Below are positions 9,785 to 20,309 of a DNA stretch of 64,000 bases, piece after piece. The first letter of the stretch is position 1; each line of letters starts with the position of its first letter. Both the position numbers and the translations under genes were made by a program. A model generated the notes under the pieces. That model ran no database searches. It saw only the letters and a list, made by a program, of their open reading frames with translations, and was not told the origin of the DNA. The stretch comes from a candidate division WOR-3 bacterium (GTDB lineage: Bacteria; Hydrothermota; Tepidihabitantia; Tepidihabitantales; Tepidihabitantaceae): assembly GCA_965649225.1 (NCBI GenBank), contig CBFGJX010000004.1, positions 22,230 to 86,229 of the forward strand, in the 5' to 3' direction.

Positions 9785-10771
9785 ATGCCCCGGCGCAGAA
9801 CCTCGCAGCCGCAGTCTAGTAGTACGGCGTTCAATCCCCTCGAGATTGACATGGCTCCTCCGGTTGTCGAGCGCTTTCACGTCAGTGATGGCAAAGGGCT
9901 CTCTGCGGCTGCTGAGAGGGAACAACTACCTTTTGAGCTTGTCTATGCCGACCAAGCCAAAGGGATATGGTTATATCACGCAGACTGCCTGACATTCATG
10001 GACCGGGTAGCTGCTCGGTATCCAGATGGCTGCTTTGACATGATTTTCGCTGACCCACCATACTTTTTGAGCAACGGTGGCATTTCCTGTCACGCCGGGC
10101 GAATGGTCTGCGTCGACAAAGGAGCTTGGGACAAGAGTCGAGGTGTTCAGGAAAATCACGAGTTCAATCTGGCGTGGCTTGAGCGTTGTCAACGGGTTCT
10201 GAAGCCGAATGGTACGATCTGGGTATCGGGCACGGCGCATGTAATACATTCGGTGGGTTATGCCATGCAGCAGCTCGGGTTCAAACTGCTCAATGACATC
10301 ACTTGGGTCAAGCCCAATCCCCCGCCCAATCTTTCTTGTCGCTACTTCACGCACACAACTGAAACCATCATCTGGGCTGCCAAGAGCAACAAGAGCAGGC
10401 ACTACTTCAACTACCGAAGAATGCGCCAGCTGGCTGGAGGCAAACAAATGAAGTCGCTGTGGTTCGGTCTCGAAGATGCGCCTCCTGCACCGGACGTATG
10501 GGAAATTCTACCTCCTACGCGCGATGAGAAGGTATTCGGCAAGCACCCGACACAGAAACCAGTCGCCTTGCTGCGACGGATCGTCGAAGCAAGCACACAA
10601 GAAAACGCATTGGTACTGGATCCTTTCGCTGGTAGCTGCACAACAGGCATTGCTTGTCTGGAACTGAAGCGCCGGTTCATCGGCATTGAACTCAACCCCG
10701 AATTCGTTCGTTTGTCGATAGAGAGAATCAAGTCCGCAGGCAATCGGGCAGGGTTCTTCGCGACAGGGTAG
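9785..10771 (+). CDS. Beta-class N6-adenine DNA methyltransferase, DpnA (M2.DpnII)-like; start uncertain (9785 or 9851)
   Basis: 'IFADPPYFLSNGGISC', 'KHPTQKP', 'LDPFAGSCTTG'. Confidence 0.88.
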   Translation: MPRRRTSQPQSSSTAFNPLEIDMAPPVVERFHVSDGKGLSAAAEREQLPFELVYADQAKGIWLYHADCLTFMDRVAARYPDGCFDMIFADPPYFLSNGGISCHAGRMVCVDKGAWDKSRGVQENHEFNLAWLERCQRVLKPNGTIWVSGTAHVIHSVGYAMQQLGFKLLNDITWVKPNPPPNLSCRYFTHTTETIIWAAKSNKSRHYFNYRRMRQLAGGKQMKSLWFGLEDAPPAPDVWEILPPTRDEKVFGKHPTQKPVALLRRIVEASTQENALVLDPFAGSCTTGIACLELKRRFIGIELNPEFVRLSIERIKSAGNRAGFFATG

Positions 10772-10774
10772 ATT

Positions 10775-11395
10775 ATGGAACGTGATCAGGCGCTACTTAA
10801 GTTAAGAGAACTTATCGGCCAAGATCTGCGAAAACTCGCTGACAAGTATGGCGTCACCGTGTGGCGCGGTGACAGGCTGAACAAAGGATGGGCCGGCCAT
10901 GTCTGCGAACGTCATCTTGGGCTTCCGTTGAATTCGTCTCAGGCGCCGAATTTCGGGTCTTGGGAGCTGAAGGTTGTGCCGCTCAAACGGCTCAGAAACG
11001 GCAAAGTGGTGCTCAAGGAGACCATGGCGATCACGATGATCGACCCGGTCCACGTCCTTCAGACTGAGTTCAAGGACAGCCACCTGATGACCAAATTGCG
11101 CCGGATGATCGTGTGTGCCCGCATGTTTGAGACACGGACAGAAGAATCGTCTCTGATGGTGAAGGTCGGTACATTCGACCTTACCGACCGTGATCTGCTA
11201 AGCCAAATCGAAGCTGACTACGAGACGGTTCGTGACACTCTCAGACGGCTAGGGACTACTCAGGGATTTGAAGCCCTGACCGGTCGAATGGGCGTCTGGG
11301 TTCAACCGCGAACCAAGGGACCGGGTCATACCGCGGAGAGGTCGCGAGCCTTCTATGCGAGGAAGAATCTCGTGGCTCGGATCTTGGGGATGTAG
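10775..11395 (+). CDS. MutH/Sau3AI-family endonuclease
   Basis: 'NKGWAGHVCERHLGL...PNFGSWELKVVPL', 'QPRTKG', 'RAFYAR' resemble MutH motifs; 3 nt after the methyltransferase. Confidence 0.75.
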   Translation: MERDQALLKLRELIGQDLRKLADKYGVTVWRGDRLNKGWAGHVCERHLGLPLNSSQAPNFGSWELKVVPLKRLRNGKVVLKETMAITMIDPVHVLQTEFKDSHLMTKLRRMIVCARMFETRTEESSLMVKVGTFDLTDRDLLSQIEADYETVRDTLRRLGTTQGFEALTGRMGVWVQPRTKGPGHTAERSRAFYARKNLVARILGM

Positions 11396-11446
11396 CCCGT
11401 AGTCCTGCCCCGTGCCGTTGACCTCGTTTTCCGCTGACTGATAGGG

Positions 11447-11815
11447 ATGAAAGACTCTACCGGCAGCGCTGCGGTTGATGCCTACATCGCCCGGGTCAAG
11501 CCCGAGTACCGGGCCGTGATGGAGCGGCTGCGCGGCCAGACTCGCGCCGCCGCGCCCGATGCCGAAGAGGGCCTTGCCTGGGGAATGCCGTCAGTCCGCC
11601 AGCGGGTGTGGCTGGTCTGCTACGCGGCATTCAAGGACCACTGCAGTTTCTTCCCGATGAGCGTGGCCGTGATGCGCAGTCACGCGGCGAAGCTCAAGGA
11701 CTACCGCACGACCAAGGGCACCATCCACTTCACGCCCGACAAACCCCTGCCCGCCTCGCTGGTCAGAAGCATCGTCAAGGCGCGCATCGCGGAATCCGCC
11801 GGCGGCCGGGCCTGA
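11447..11815 (+). CDS. DUF1801/YdhG-like protein
   Basis: 'VDAYIA', 'APDAEEGLAWGMP', 'AAFKDHCSFFP', 'KGTIHF...LP..LV'. Confidence 0.85.
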   Translation: MKDSTGSAAVDAYIARVKPEYRAVMERLRGQTRAAAPDAEEGLAWGMPSVRQRVWLVCYAAFKDHCSFFPMSVAVMRSHAAKLKDYRTTKGTIHFTPDKPLPASLVRSIVKARIAESAGGRA

Positions 11816-11830
11816 AATCTTCGAAGCAGG

Positions 11831-11860
11831 AAAGCGGCGGGGAGAGGTCTCCCCGCCGCT
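11831..11860 (-). terminator. Intrinsic terminator hairpin between convergent genes
   Basis: agcggcggggaga-gg-tctccccgccgct inverted repeat with a short T run on the minus strand. Confidence 0.7.
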
Positions 11861-11879
11861 GATTGCGAAACAGCGCTGC

Positions 11880-14800
11880 CTAATCGAGCAGGACAGTCTT
11901 GAGCGAGGCGCGTTCTTCTCCGGCCTGAAGCCGCAGGAAGTAAACACCCCGCGCCAGAGTGCGGCCCGAGTCGTCGCAGCCGTCCCAGTTCAGGCGGTGC
12001 TGGCCGGCGTCGGCCGGGCCGTTGAGCAGGATGCGCACCACCCGGCCGGCGCGGTCGTAAACCGCGAGCCGGACCGGTCCGGGTTGCCGGACAGTGAATC
12101 GGATTGTTGCAGTGCGACGGACAGGGTTGGGCGCCAGTGCGAGCCGCAATGACACCGCCGCAGTGCCGGTGGCCGGTTCGGTGACCGCGGTCGTCGGGGC
12201 GTCGGTGGTGTAGCTGATTGCCCGGCCGGGGATGACTGCTGCCGCGCCGCGGTGGTAGCTGCCGTTGTAAAGGGTCTGGATGCAGATCGTGCGCGTCGGG
12301 TCCTGTTCGCCGAGGGTACTGGAATTCATCGCTCCGGCGGTGCGGTACTGGATTGTGAACCGGCAGTTGCCGTCCCGGGCGGCCAGGGTGGTGTCGTAGA
12401 GGATAAGCTGGTTGGATTCAAAGACCGACCGGTTGGAGTAGTAGGGTACCGAGTCCCATTCAATGATGAAGCGGTGGCCGGAGGTGTCGTGCCAGTACCA
12501 GACGCCGCCGCCGGTGGGCGGATAGAGGTCGTCCCAGTTGACCAGTATCGCCGGTGGCAGAGTGGTTGTCGGCAGCGCGGTGTTGGAGTAGGCGGAGACA
12601 GTCGTCGTACCGAGCCCGACCCAGCCGTTGCTGCAGATGGCAATCTGCGAGTAGTTCTGATCGTAGAAGCGGAAGGGCCCGAATGCCGGCGGCAGGTTGA
12701 CGACGACCGTCTGGTCGTCGGAGAGCGTGAGCCGGGTGCCGCGGTTGCGGATTTCAACCCAGTCGTAGCGCGGCGCCTGACGGTAGCTGGAGTCGGCATC
12801 GTCGTATGCCCAGTAGAGCGAGGGCGTGCGCGGGCCGTCACCGATCGGGTCGATGGCGCGGACTTCACCGATGACGATGGTGAAGACGACTGTGGTCCGG
12901 TAACCGCCGGCACCGCTGAGCCGGAGGGTGCAGGGCAGGGCGGTTTCACGCGGTATCGCCGGGTCGGCGATGAGGACAAATGGGTCGGTGTTGCTGCCGG
13001 TGGTGTCGCGCGGCAGCGTGCCCCAGGCTGCGGTCGAGTCGGCAGCAATCAGCCGCGGGTCGCCCGGGCGCAGTGTGGCGGTGATGTCATAGCCGTGACC
13101 AAGTCCGGTGTTGCGCAGGGTGATGTAGAGCTGGCCGGTTTCACCCGGGTCGAGTTTGCCGTCGCCGTTGCCACCGGGCGGACAGTCGTTGACGCGCAGA
13201 CCGGCAAAGCCGAGCCGGGCAGTGCCAACCCAGAGGTTGATGTCGGATGTCCAGGCCGAGTCGAGCGCGTCACGGCAGACAAGCCGCAGCCGTACCGGAT
13301 AGCCGTTGGTGCAGGCTGGAGCGACGGTGAAGCCGAAGCCGTTCGCGCCGGTGAAGGCCGAGTCGCCGGCAGGGACGGTGCCGAGCGGCCGGATTGAGTC
13401 GGTAATGACAATATTGGGGTCGCTGGAGCGCAGTCGTGCCTGCACCGAGCCGGCGGGCTGACTGCCCCAGTTTTTGACCCAGGTGGGCAGGTTGATTGTT
13501 TCGCCGGGGTTGATGATGCCGTCGTTGTTGCCGCCGGCCGAGTCACGGACGGTGCAGCGCAGGAAGGTGACATAGGCCGAGTTGGGGGCGATGGTAAGCG
13601 CTGTGCCGAGATAGGGGTGGAGGTTGCGGCCGGTAACCGTGATGAGGATGGAGTCGCCGGGCAGGGTGGTGTTGAGGGTGAAATGTACCGTGCCCGAAGC
13701 GTCGGTGTGGCCGACGTGATAGATGCTGGAGTCGCGGCGCGACATCACGCATACCAGTGCACCGGCGACCGGCGCGTAGTCGGCGTTGACGGTGACGGTG
13801 AAGGGAAAGCTGCCGAGCAGGACGGTTGGGGGGTGAGTAACGGCGAGCTGACGCGGCACCGCTGACCAGACATTGAGTTCGGGTTCGCCGAAGTTGTTGA
13901 ACATGTAGATTTCTTCCTCGGAAATCTGATCGGGCAGGGGGTAGGCCATCAGCATGAAGAGCTTTCCGTACTGGGTGCACTGGGCAAAGGTGTAGTGGAG
14001 GCTGTCGGCATAGGACATCATCGCGCCGGTGGCCAGCGAGTCGTTGTAGCCGGAGTAACTGACTTCGGACGAACCGAAGTAGCCAACGCCGCCTTTCTGT
14101 TCACCGGCCTTGACCCAGGTTTCAGCATGGCAGTCCTGGCTGGGGTTGTCGAAGTCGCCCGAAAGACAGGTCGGGGCGATGACGCAGGGTGTCATCCGGC
14201 CGTTGTTGAGCGAAAGGACGTTGGTGTTGGTCCAGCTCGGTGTGACATTGGCCCAGGCACCGACATCGCCGTGGCCGCGGTACAGCATCCAGGACCGGCC
14301 CTGGTTGAGCGATTCGGCGAGGTTGGTGGCAGTATTCAGTCCCCAGCGTTCGAACAGGGTGTCGAACTGGACGAAGGTCCGGCCGATGGTGTAGTTGCGC
14401 ACCCGGATGACCATTGACCAGAAGCGCGGCGTGCCTTCATAGCCGGCCAGCGAGACAACTTTGCCGTACCAGTCGGTGTTGCCCAGCCACGGGGACATCT
14501 CGTACTTGTAGAGTTTGTTCAGGGTGGCACTGGCTTCAGCCTGAGTGCGAACGCAGATCCGGGCAATCATCAGGTCGGCGAGGATGTCGTTGCCTGATTT
14601 CAGCGAGTACTGCAGGTCGGAGGCGTCGGTGTGGCCGGGCCAGTGGCAGCAGGCGAGATGGCTGGGCGCATCGCCGACCAGCAGAACATAGTCGGGCGGA
14701 AACGGCCAGTTGTTGTAGGCGTTGGTGATGAAGGCGTCGATGCGGGCCGAGTCGTTGCCGCCGAGCTGGCTGGTGGTGACAACGGTCGTGCGCCAGCCTT

Positions 14801-15587
14801 TGCGCCGTTTCCACTCGGCAAAAGGCGTAACTGCGGCGGCGAAGTCGTCGTGGGTGATGATGAGATAGGAACCGTCTTCGGGGCGCTGGGGCGGTTCGGC
14901 GTAGTTGGCGATGAGCGAACGGTAGAGCGGCAGAAAGGTGCGGGAGTGGCCCGGACGACGGCGCTGGAGCGGGTTGGGCCCGATGCCTTCGTTGTGGAGA
15001 GTGATGCGCAGGCGCCGGGCGACGCGCAGTTCGCCGGTGGCCGGGTTGTAGCGCACCGGTTGCAGGATAAGCTGAACCAGTCGGACGTCACGCATGATCA
15101 TTGGCTCGGTGACCGACCAGGTTTCGGCCGGATAGAGGGCATCGGCCGAGTAGGCGGCACTGTCGAACTGAAACGGTGGCGGTGACTGGCTTTCCGGCCA
15201 GGCCGGCTGCGCCGGATAGACGCGGTAGCCGGTGAGGACCGTTTCATCGAGACCGGTAACTTCAATCCGGACACCGCGGTCGTCCGAGATTTGCAGGAAG
15301 CGGCTGACCAACGGCAGCTGAGGCAGGCCGGGTTTGACGGTCTGACCGCCGGCGCCGATACCGAGACTGATTGTCTGCCACTGCCGGCCGCCGGCCTCGA
15401 CCGGCTCAACATAGAGTCCGTCAATGGTCAATTCGACCGTTGTGCCGCGAGCGTCCGAGCTGATGACCCGGAATTCGGCGGGTCGTTCCGTCAGGCCGCT
15501 GGTCAGCGGCACCCAGTAGCCAGCCGCCGCGCCGGCAAGCAGGCCGAGCGCCATGGCAGCTTTGATCAAACCGGAATTTCTCATCAC
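11880..15587 (-). CDS. C25 (gingipain-like) cysteine peptidase with propeptide, Ig-like modules and FlgD/CTD C-terminus
   Basis: Signal peptide; 'YVLLVGD'; catalytic 'YRGHG' and 'TCLSGDF'; 'NNFGEP'; C-terminal 'PNP...WDGCDDSG...GVYF'. Confidence 0.88.
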   Translation of the reverse strand: MMRNSGLIKAAMALGLLAGAAAGYWVPLTSGLTERPAEFRVISSDARGTTVELTIDGLYVEPVEAGGRQWQTISLGIGAGGQTVKPGLPQLPLVSRFLQISDDRGVRIEVTGLDETVLTGYRVYPAQPAWPESQSPPPFQFDSAAYSADALYPAETWSVTEPMIMRDVRLVQLILQPVRYNPATGELRVARRLRITLHNEGIGPNPLQRRRPGHSRTFLPLYRSLIANYAEPPQRPEDGSYLIITHDDFAAAVTPFAEWKRRKGWRTTVVTTSQLGGNDSARIDAFITNAYNNWPFPPDYVLLVGDAPSHLACCHWPGHTDASDLQYSLKSGNDILADLMIARICVRTQAEASATLNKLYKYEMSPWLGNTDWYGKVVSLAGYEGTPRFWSMVIRVRNYTIGRTFVQFDTLFERWGLNTATNLAESLNQGRSWMLYRGHGDVGAWANVTPSWTNTNVLSLNNGRMTPCVIAPTCLSGDFDNPSQDCHAETWVKAGEQKGGVGYFGSSEVSYSGYNDSLATGAMMSYADSLHYTFAQCTQYGKLFMLMAYPLPDQISEEEIYMFNNFGEPELNVWSAVPRQLAVTHPPTVLLGSFPFTVTVNADYAPVAGALVCVMSRRDSSIYHVGHTDASGTVHFTLNTTLPGDSILITVTGRNLHPYLGTALTIAPNSAYVTFLRCTVRDSAGGNNDGIINPGETINLPTWVKNWGSQPAGSVQARLRSSDPNIVITDSIRPLGTVPAGDSAFTGANGFGFTVAPACTNGYPVRLRLVCRDALDSAWTSDINLWVGTARLGFAGLRVNDCPPGGNGDGKLDPGETGQLYITLRNTGLGHGYDITATLRPGDPRLIAADSTAAWGTLPRDTTGSNTDPFVLIADPAIPRETALPCTLRLSGAGGYRTTVVFTIVIGEVRAIDPIGDGPRTPSLYWAYDDADSSYRQAPRYDWVEIRNRGTRLTLSDDQTVVVNLPPAFGPFRFYDQNYSQIAICSNGWVGLGTTTVSAYSNTALPTTTLPPAILVNWDDLYPPTGGGVWYWHDTSGHRFIIEWDSVPYYSNRSVFESNQLILYDTTLAARDGNCRFTIQYRTAGAMNSSTLGEQDPTRTICIQTLYNGSYHRGAAAVIPGRAISYTTDAPTTAVTEPATGTAAVSLRLALAPNPVRRTATIRFTVRQPGPVRLAVYDRAGRVVRILLNGPADAGQHRLNWDGCDDSGRTLARGVYFLRLQAGEERASLKTVLLD

Positions 15588-15670
15588 AGTTCCTCCAGTG
15601 CCAGGCAGATTGCTGTGCCCTGCAGCTGCAAGTGTAGAGCAGCCAGATTGCCGGTCAAGACGGGGCTGAC

Positions 15671-15698
15671 TTGACGCGGCCGCCGCTTCGGCTATATT
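15671..15698 (+). promoter_or_regulatory. Promoter of the tRNA cluster, TTGACG-16-TATATT
   Basis: Direct motif match upstream of tRNA-Thr; divergent TTGACC-16-TACACT at 15658-15631. Confidence 0.7.
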
Positions 15699-15731
15699 TC
15701 ACAGTCCGCGACCGGCAGTGGTCGTGGTTTC

Positions 15732-15804
15732 GCCGACATAGCTCAGTTGGCAGAGCAGTGGTTTTGTAAACCACAGGTCGTGGGTTCGAATCCCTCTGTC
15801 GGCT
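15732..15804 (+). tRNA. tRNA-Thr(TGT)
   Basis: GCCGACA/TGTCGGC acceptor stem, anticodon loop TTTGTAA, TTCGAAT T-loop. Confidence 0.95.
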
Positions 15805-15817
15805 GAAAAGAAGGTAC

Positions 15818-15901
15818 GGACGGGTACCCGAGTGGCCAAAGGGGGCAGACTGTAAATCTGCTGGCTTAACGCCTACGGAGGTTCAAATCCTTCCCCGTCC
15901 A
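15818..15901 (+). tRNA. tRNA-Tyr(GTA)
   Basis: GGACGGG/CCCGTCC acceptor stem, CTGTAAA loop, long variable arm. Confidence 0.95.
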
Positions 15902-15923
15902 TTCTGGAGCCCGGACGGATTGT

Positions 15924-15994
15924 GCGGGCGTGGTGTAGTGGCAGCACAACAGCCTTCCAAGCTGTTTGCGTGGGTTCGACTCCCATCGCCCGCT
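15924..15994 (+). tRNA. tRNA-Gly(TCC)
   Basis: GCGGGCG/CGCCCGC acceptor stem, CTTCCAA loop. Confidence 0.95.
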
Positions 15995-16160
15995 GTTTCT
16001 GGCCGGTTTTCCGGATTGTCCCGGCAGGGACTGGTCTGGGCTGTTGTGTTGTAAGTTTAGGTCCGACAACATGTTGTCGCCGGGGTTCTGCCGACGCTGG
16101 CGGCAAGGCGTGCGAATTACCAGGCTGTGGAGCCATAGGCTTTTCGCACGCATTTAGTCG

Positions 16161-16188
16161 TTGACAGGGCGTAGGTTACTTCTATAAT
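16161..16188 (+). promoter_or_regulatory. Consensus promoter TTGACA-16-TATAAT for tRNA-Thr-tuf
   Basis: Perfect hexamers. Confidence 0.85.
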
Positions 16189-16202
16189 CCTCTGCTTATT
16201 GC

Positions 16203-16275
16203 GCCCATGTAGCTCAGTCGGCAGAGCACTTCCTTGGTAAGGAAGAGGTCGCCGGTTCGATTCCGGCCGTGGGCT
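16203..16275 (+). tRNA. tRNA-Thr(GGT)
   Basis: GCCCATG/CGTGGGC acceptor stem, TTGGTAA loop. Confidence 0.95.
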
Positions 16276-16339
16276 GTTGCCGGATCGTGTCTGCAGGATT
16301 GTTGTGTTTTGAAAATCGTTTCTAAGGAGGAACGGAAAG

Positions 16340-17539
<1,200 letters not shown>

Positions 17540-17545
17540 AGAAAA

Positions 17546-17692
17546 ATGCGTGTGCAGGTAACGCTGGCCTGTGGTGAGTGCAAGAACCGCAACTACCACA
17601 CGACCAAGAACAAGAAAAAGACCGAGCGGCTTGAATTCAAGCGCTATTGTCCGACTTGTCGGAAGCATACTCCGCACAAGGAGGTAAAGTAG
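17546..17692 (+). CDS. rpmG: 50S ribosomal protein L33 (Zn-binding form)
   Basis: [48 protein letters not shown], translated by hand (absent from the ORF track). Confidence 0.95.
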   Translation: MRVQVTLACGECKNRNYHTTKNKKKTERLEFKRYCPTCRKHTPHKEVK

Positions 17693-17763
17693 GCCAGTAG
17701 CTCTAACGGCAGAGCGGCGGACTCCAAATCCGTAGGTTGGGGGTTCAAATCCCTCCTGGCCTG
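17691..17763 (+). tRNA. tRNA-Trp(CCA)
   Basis: AGGCCAG/CTGGCCT acceptor stem, CTCCAAA loop; typical position before secE. Confidence 0.93.
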
Positions 17764-17775
17764 TAAAAAGCTATC

Positions 17776-17970
17776 GTGAAACGGATTTTTACGAAAGTCA
17801 AAGACTACATCGCCGATGTCGTGGCAGAGATGCGCCGGGTTTCCTGGGTTCGGCGCAAGGAGCTGTTCACGACTACGGTGGTGGTTATCGTCTTCTCGAC
17901 GCTGCTGGCGGTGTTTATCGGTCTGTGCGATCTGGTGTTTGCTTCCCTGCTCCACCTGGTGCTGAGGTAG
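17776..17970 (+). CDS. secE: Preprotein translocase subunit SecE
   Basis: 'EMRRVSW' plus one TM helix; synteny. Confidence 0.92.
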   Translation: MKRIFTKVKDYIADVVAEMRRVSWVRRKELFTTTVVVIVFSTLLAVFIGLCDLVFASLLHLVLR

Positions 17971-17985
17971 GCCCGGCCTCGACGG

Positions 17986-18510
17986 ATGAAGTTCTTCGTT
18001 GTTCACACCTACACCGGTCGCGAGAAGCGGGTCAAGGAGTTGCTCGAGAAAGCGGTTGAACGGCAGGGGCTGGCGGCGAAGTTCGGTCGCGTGATTGTGC
18101 CTTCCGAACGCGTCGCCCGGGTCCGCAAGGCGAAAATCGTGCCCGAGGAGCGTCAGCTCTATCCGGGATACATCGTGGTCGAGATGGAGCCCGGCGAGCA
18201 GACGCTGGCGCTGGTCAACTCGATCCCGGGTGTGACGCACCTGCTCGGGACGAAGGACCAGCCGATACCGCTGACCGAGGCCGAAGTTAACTCGATGCTG
18301 GAGCAGATCGAGCGCGGCCGCGACAAGGCCGAGCCCGAGGCACCGTTTGAGAAGGGCGAAAGTGTCAAGGTAACCAAGGGGCCGTTTGCCGGGTTTACCG
18401 GAACCGTGGAGGAAATCTTCGCCGAGCGGCGCCGGGTGAAAGTGACGGTTACCATTTTCGGTCGGCCGACGCCGATAGATCTGGATTTTCTCGACGTTCA
18501 GCCGATCTGA
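17986..18510 (+). CDS. nusG: Transcription factor NusG
   Basis: 'VVHTYTGREKRV', 'YPGYIVVEM', KOW 'GPFAGFTG'. Confidence 0.97.
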   Translation: MKFFVVHTYTGREKRVKELLEKAVERQGLAAKFGRVIVPSERVARVRKAKIVPEERQLYPGYIVVEMEPGEQTLALVNSIPGVTHLLGTKDQPIPLTEAEVNSMLEQIERGRDKAEPEAPFEKGESVKVTKGPFAGFTGTVEEIFAERRRVKVTVTIFGRPTPIDLDFLDVQPI

Positions 18511-18528
18511 TCAAATAGGAGGAGCGAG

Positions 18529-18957
18529 ATGGTCAAGAAGGTTGCGGCGGTCGTGAAACTGCAGTGTCCGGCCGGCCAGGCAACCGCAGCACCGCCCGTG
18601 GGACCGGCCCTCGGGCAGCACGGCGTCAACATTGCGGAGTTTATCCGCGCCTTTAACGAGGCGACCCGCAAGGAGACCCCGGGCATGCTGATTCCGGTTG
18701 TCCTGACCGTGTATGCCGACCGCAAGTTCACGTTCGTCACCAAGAGTCCACCCGCGTCGGTACTCCTGAAGCAGGCCGCCGGACTGGCCAAGGGTTCGGG
18801 TGAACCGAACCGGGCGAAGGTCGGCGTGGTCAGCCGGAAGGCCGTGCGGGAAATTGCTGAGCGCAAGATGAAGGACCTCAATGCCGCTGATATTGAAGCG
18901 GCGATGAGGATTGTCGAAGGTACGGCCCGGTCAATGGGCCTGCGCGTGGAGGATTGA
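18529..18957 (+). CDS. rplK: 50S ribosomal protein L11
   Basis: '[11 protein letters not shown]', 'GTARSMG'. Confidence 0.98.
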   Translation: MVKKVAAVVKLQCPAGQATAAPPVGPALGQHGVNIAEFIRAFNEATRKETPGMLIPVVLTVYADRKFTFVTKSPPASVLLKQAAGLAKGSGEPNRAKVGVVSRKAVREIAERKMKDLNAADIEAAMRIVEGTARSMGLRVED

Positions 18958-19667
18958 TGAAGCATTCACGAAGATTCCGCGCGCTGAAGGAGAAGTTTGA
19001 CCGGCTGACACTGCATCCGCTCGACCGGGCAATCGAACTGGTGAAGGCCAACGCGACGGCGAAGTTCGACGAGTCGGTTGACATCAGCGTCAAGCTGGGC
19101 ATCGACGCCAAGAAGACCGAGCAGCTGGTTTCGGGAACGGTTTCGCTGCCCAATGGCACCGGCAAAAGTGTCCGGGTGCTGGTTTTTGCCAAAGGCGACA
19201 AGCAGGATGAGGCCCGGGCGGCAGGTGCCGACGAGGTCGGATTTGAGGACCTGGTTGAGAAGATCAACGGCGGCTGGGCCGATTTTGACGTTGCGGTGGC
19301 GACACCGGATACGATGGCGGCCGTCGGCCGGCTGGGCAAAGTCCTCGGCCCCAAGGGGCTGATGCCGTCGCCGAAGACCCAGACGGTGACTTTTGACGTC
19401 GGCGCGACCGTGAAAAGCCTGAAAGCCGGCCGCATCAAGTTTCGAACTGACAAGACCGGCAATGTTCATGCGCTGGTCGGCAAGGCGTCGTTTGACCGGG
19501 AGAAGCTGGCCGAAAACATCCGGGCGTTCATGGCCGAACTGATCCGGACGCGGCCGGCGACGGCCAAGGGACAGTTTATCCGCAATGTCGTGCTTTCGTC
19601 GACGATGGGTCCCGGTGTCCGGGTGGACCCGCGCGAGTTCACCGAAAGCGCCAAGAAAGAGGCTTAG
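18957..19667 (+). CDS. rplA: 50S ribosomal protein L1
   Basis: 'KFDESVD', 'LGPKGLMP', 'STMGPG'. Confidence 0.98.
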   Translation: MKHSRRFRALKEKFDRLTLHPLDRAIELVKANATAKFDESVDISVKLGIDAKKTEQLVSGTVSLPNGTGKSVRVLVFAKGDKQDEARAAGADEVGFEDLVEKINGGWADFDVAVATPDTMAAVGRLGKVLGPKGLMPSPKTQTVTFDVGATVKSLKAGRIKFRTDKTGNVHALVGKASFDREKLAENIRAFMAELIRTRPATAKGQFIRNVVLSSTMGPGVRVDPREFTESAKKEA

Positions 19668-19669
19668 CC

Positions 19670-20206
19670 ATGCCGACGCAACAGAAAATCGCCAGCGTTG
19701 CGGAGCTGAAAGAGCTGGTTGCTCAGGCTTCGGCGCTCTATTTTGTTGACTTTACGAAAGTCGGCGCGAACGACATCAACAGCATTCGCCGCCGACTGGG
19801 CGAGATCGGTGTCCGGATGAAGGTCGTCAAGAACCGGCTGGCGGCACGGGCATTGACCGAAGGCGGCGTGCCCGCCGCGATCGAGGATATCCTGGTCGGC
19901 CCGACTTCGGTGGTTTTTGCCGGCGAAGACCCGGTAGCACCGGCGCGGGTGCTGAAGGATATTCAGCGCCGGTTGGCCGACCTGCGGGTCAAGGGTGCCT
20001 TCCTGGAAGGGACGGTTTATCCTGCGGCCCAGTTTGATTTCCTGGCGGCACTGCCGACCAAGGCCGACCTGCGGGCTGAGTTGACCGGCGTGCTGGCCGG
20101 GCCGATCAGCGGGCTGGTGTACAGTCTGGAAGGCCTGCTGGCCGAGCTGGTCCGGGTGCTGGAAGAAGTCGGGAAGCGGCCCGCCGCCGAACCGACCGCC
20201 CAGTGA
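19670..20206 (+). CDS. rplJ: 50S ribosomal protein L10
   Basis: 'VVKNRLA', 'GPT', 'LAALPTK'; synteny. Confidence 0.95.
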   Translation: MPTQQKIASVAELKELVAQASALYFVDFTKVGANDINSIRRRLGEIGVRMKVVKNRLAARALTEGGVPAAIEDILVGPTSVVFAGEDPVAPARVLKDIQRRLADLRVKGAFLEGTVYPAAQFDFLAALPTKADLRAELTGVLAGPISGLVYSLEGLLAELVRVLEEVGKRPAAEPTAQ

Positions 20207-20309
20207 AGTCGAAAAAGAATTGCTGCTTCTGACGCACTACATGAACCGCCGCGACGGCGGCGCAACCGGGACCGGCTGCGGGCCGGCCTGATCGCTAGAG
20301 GAGGATCAG

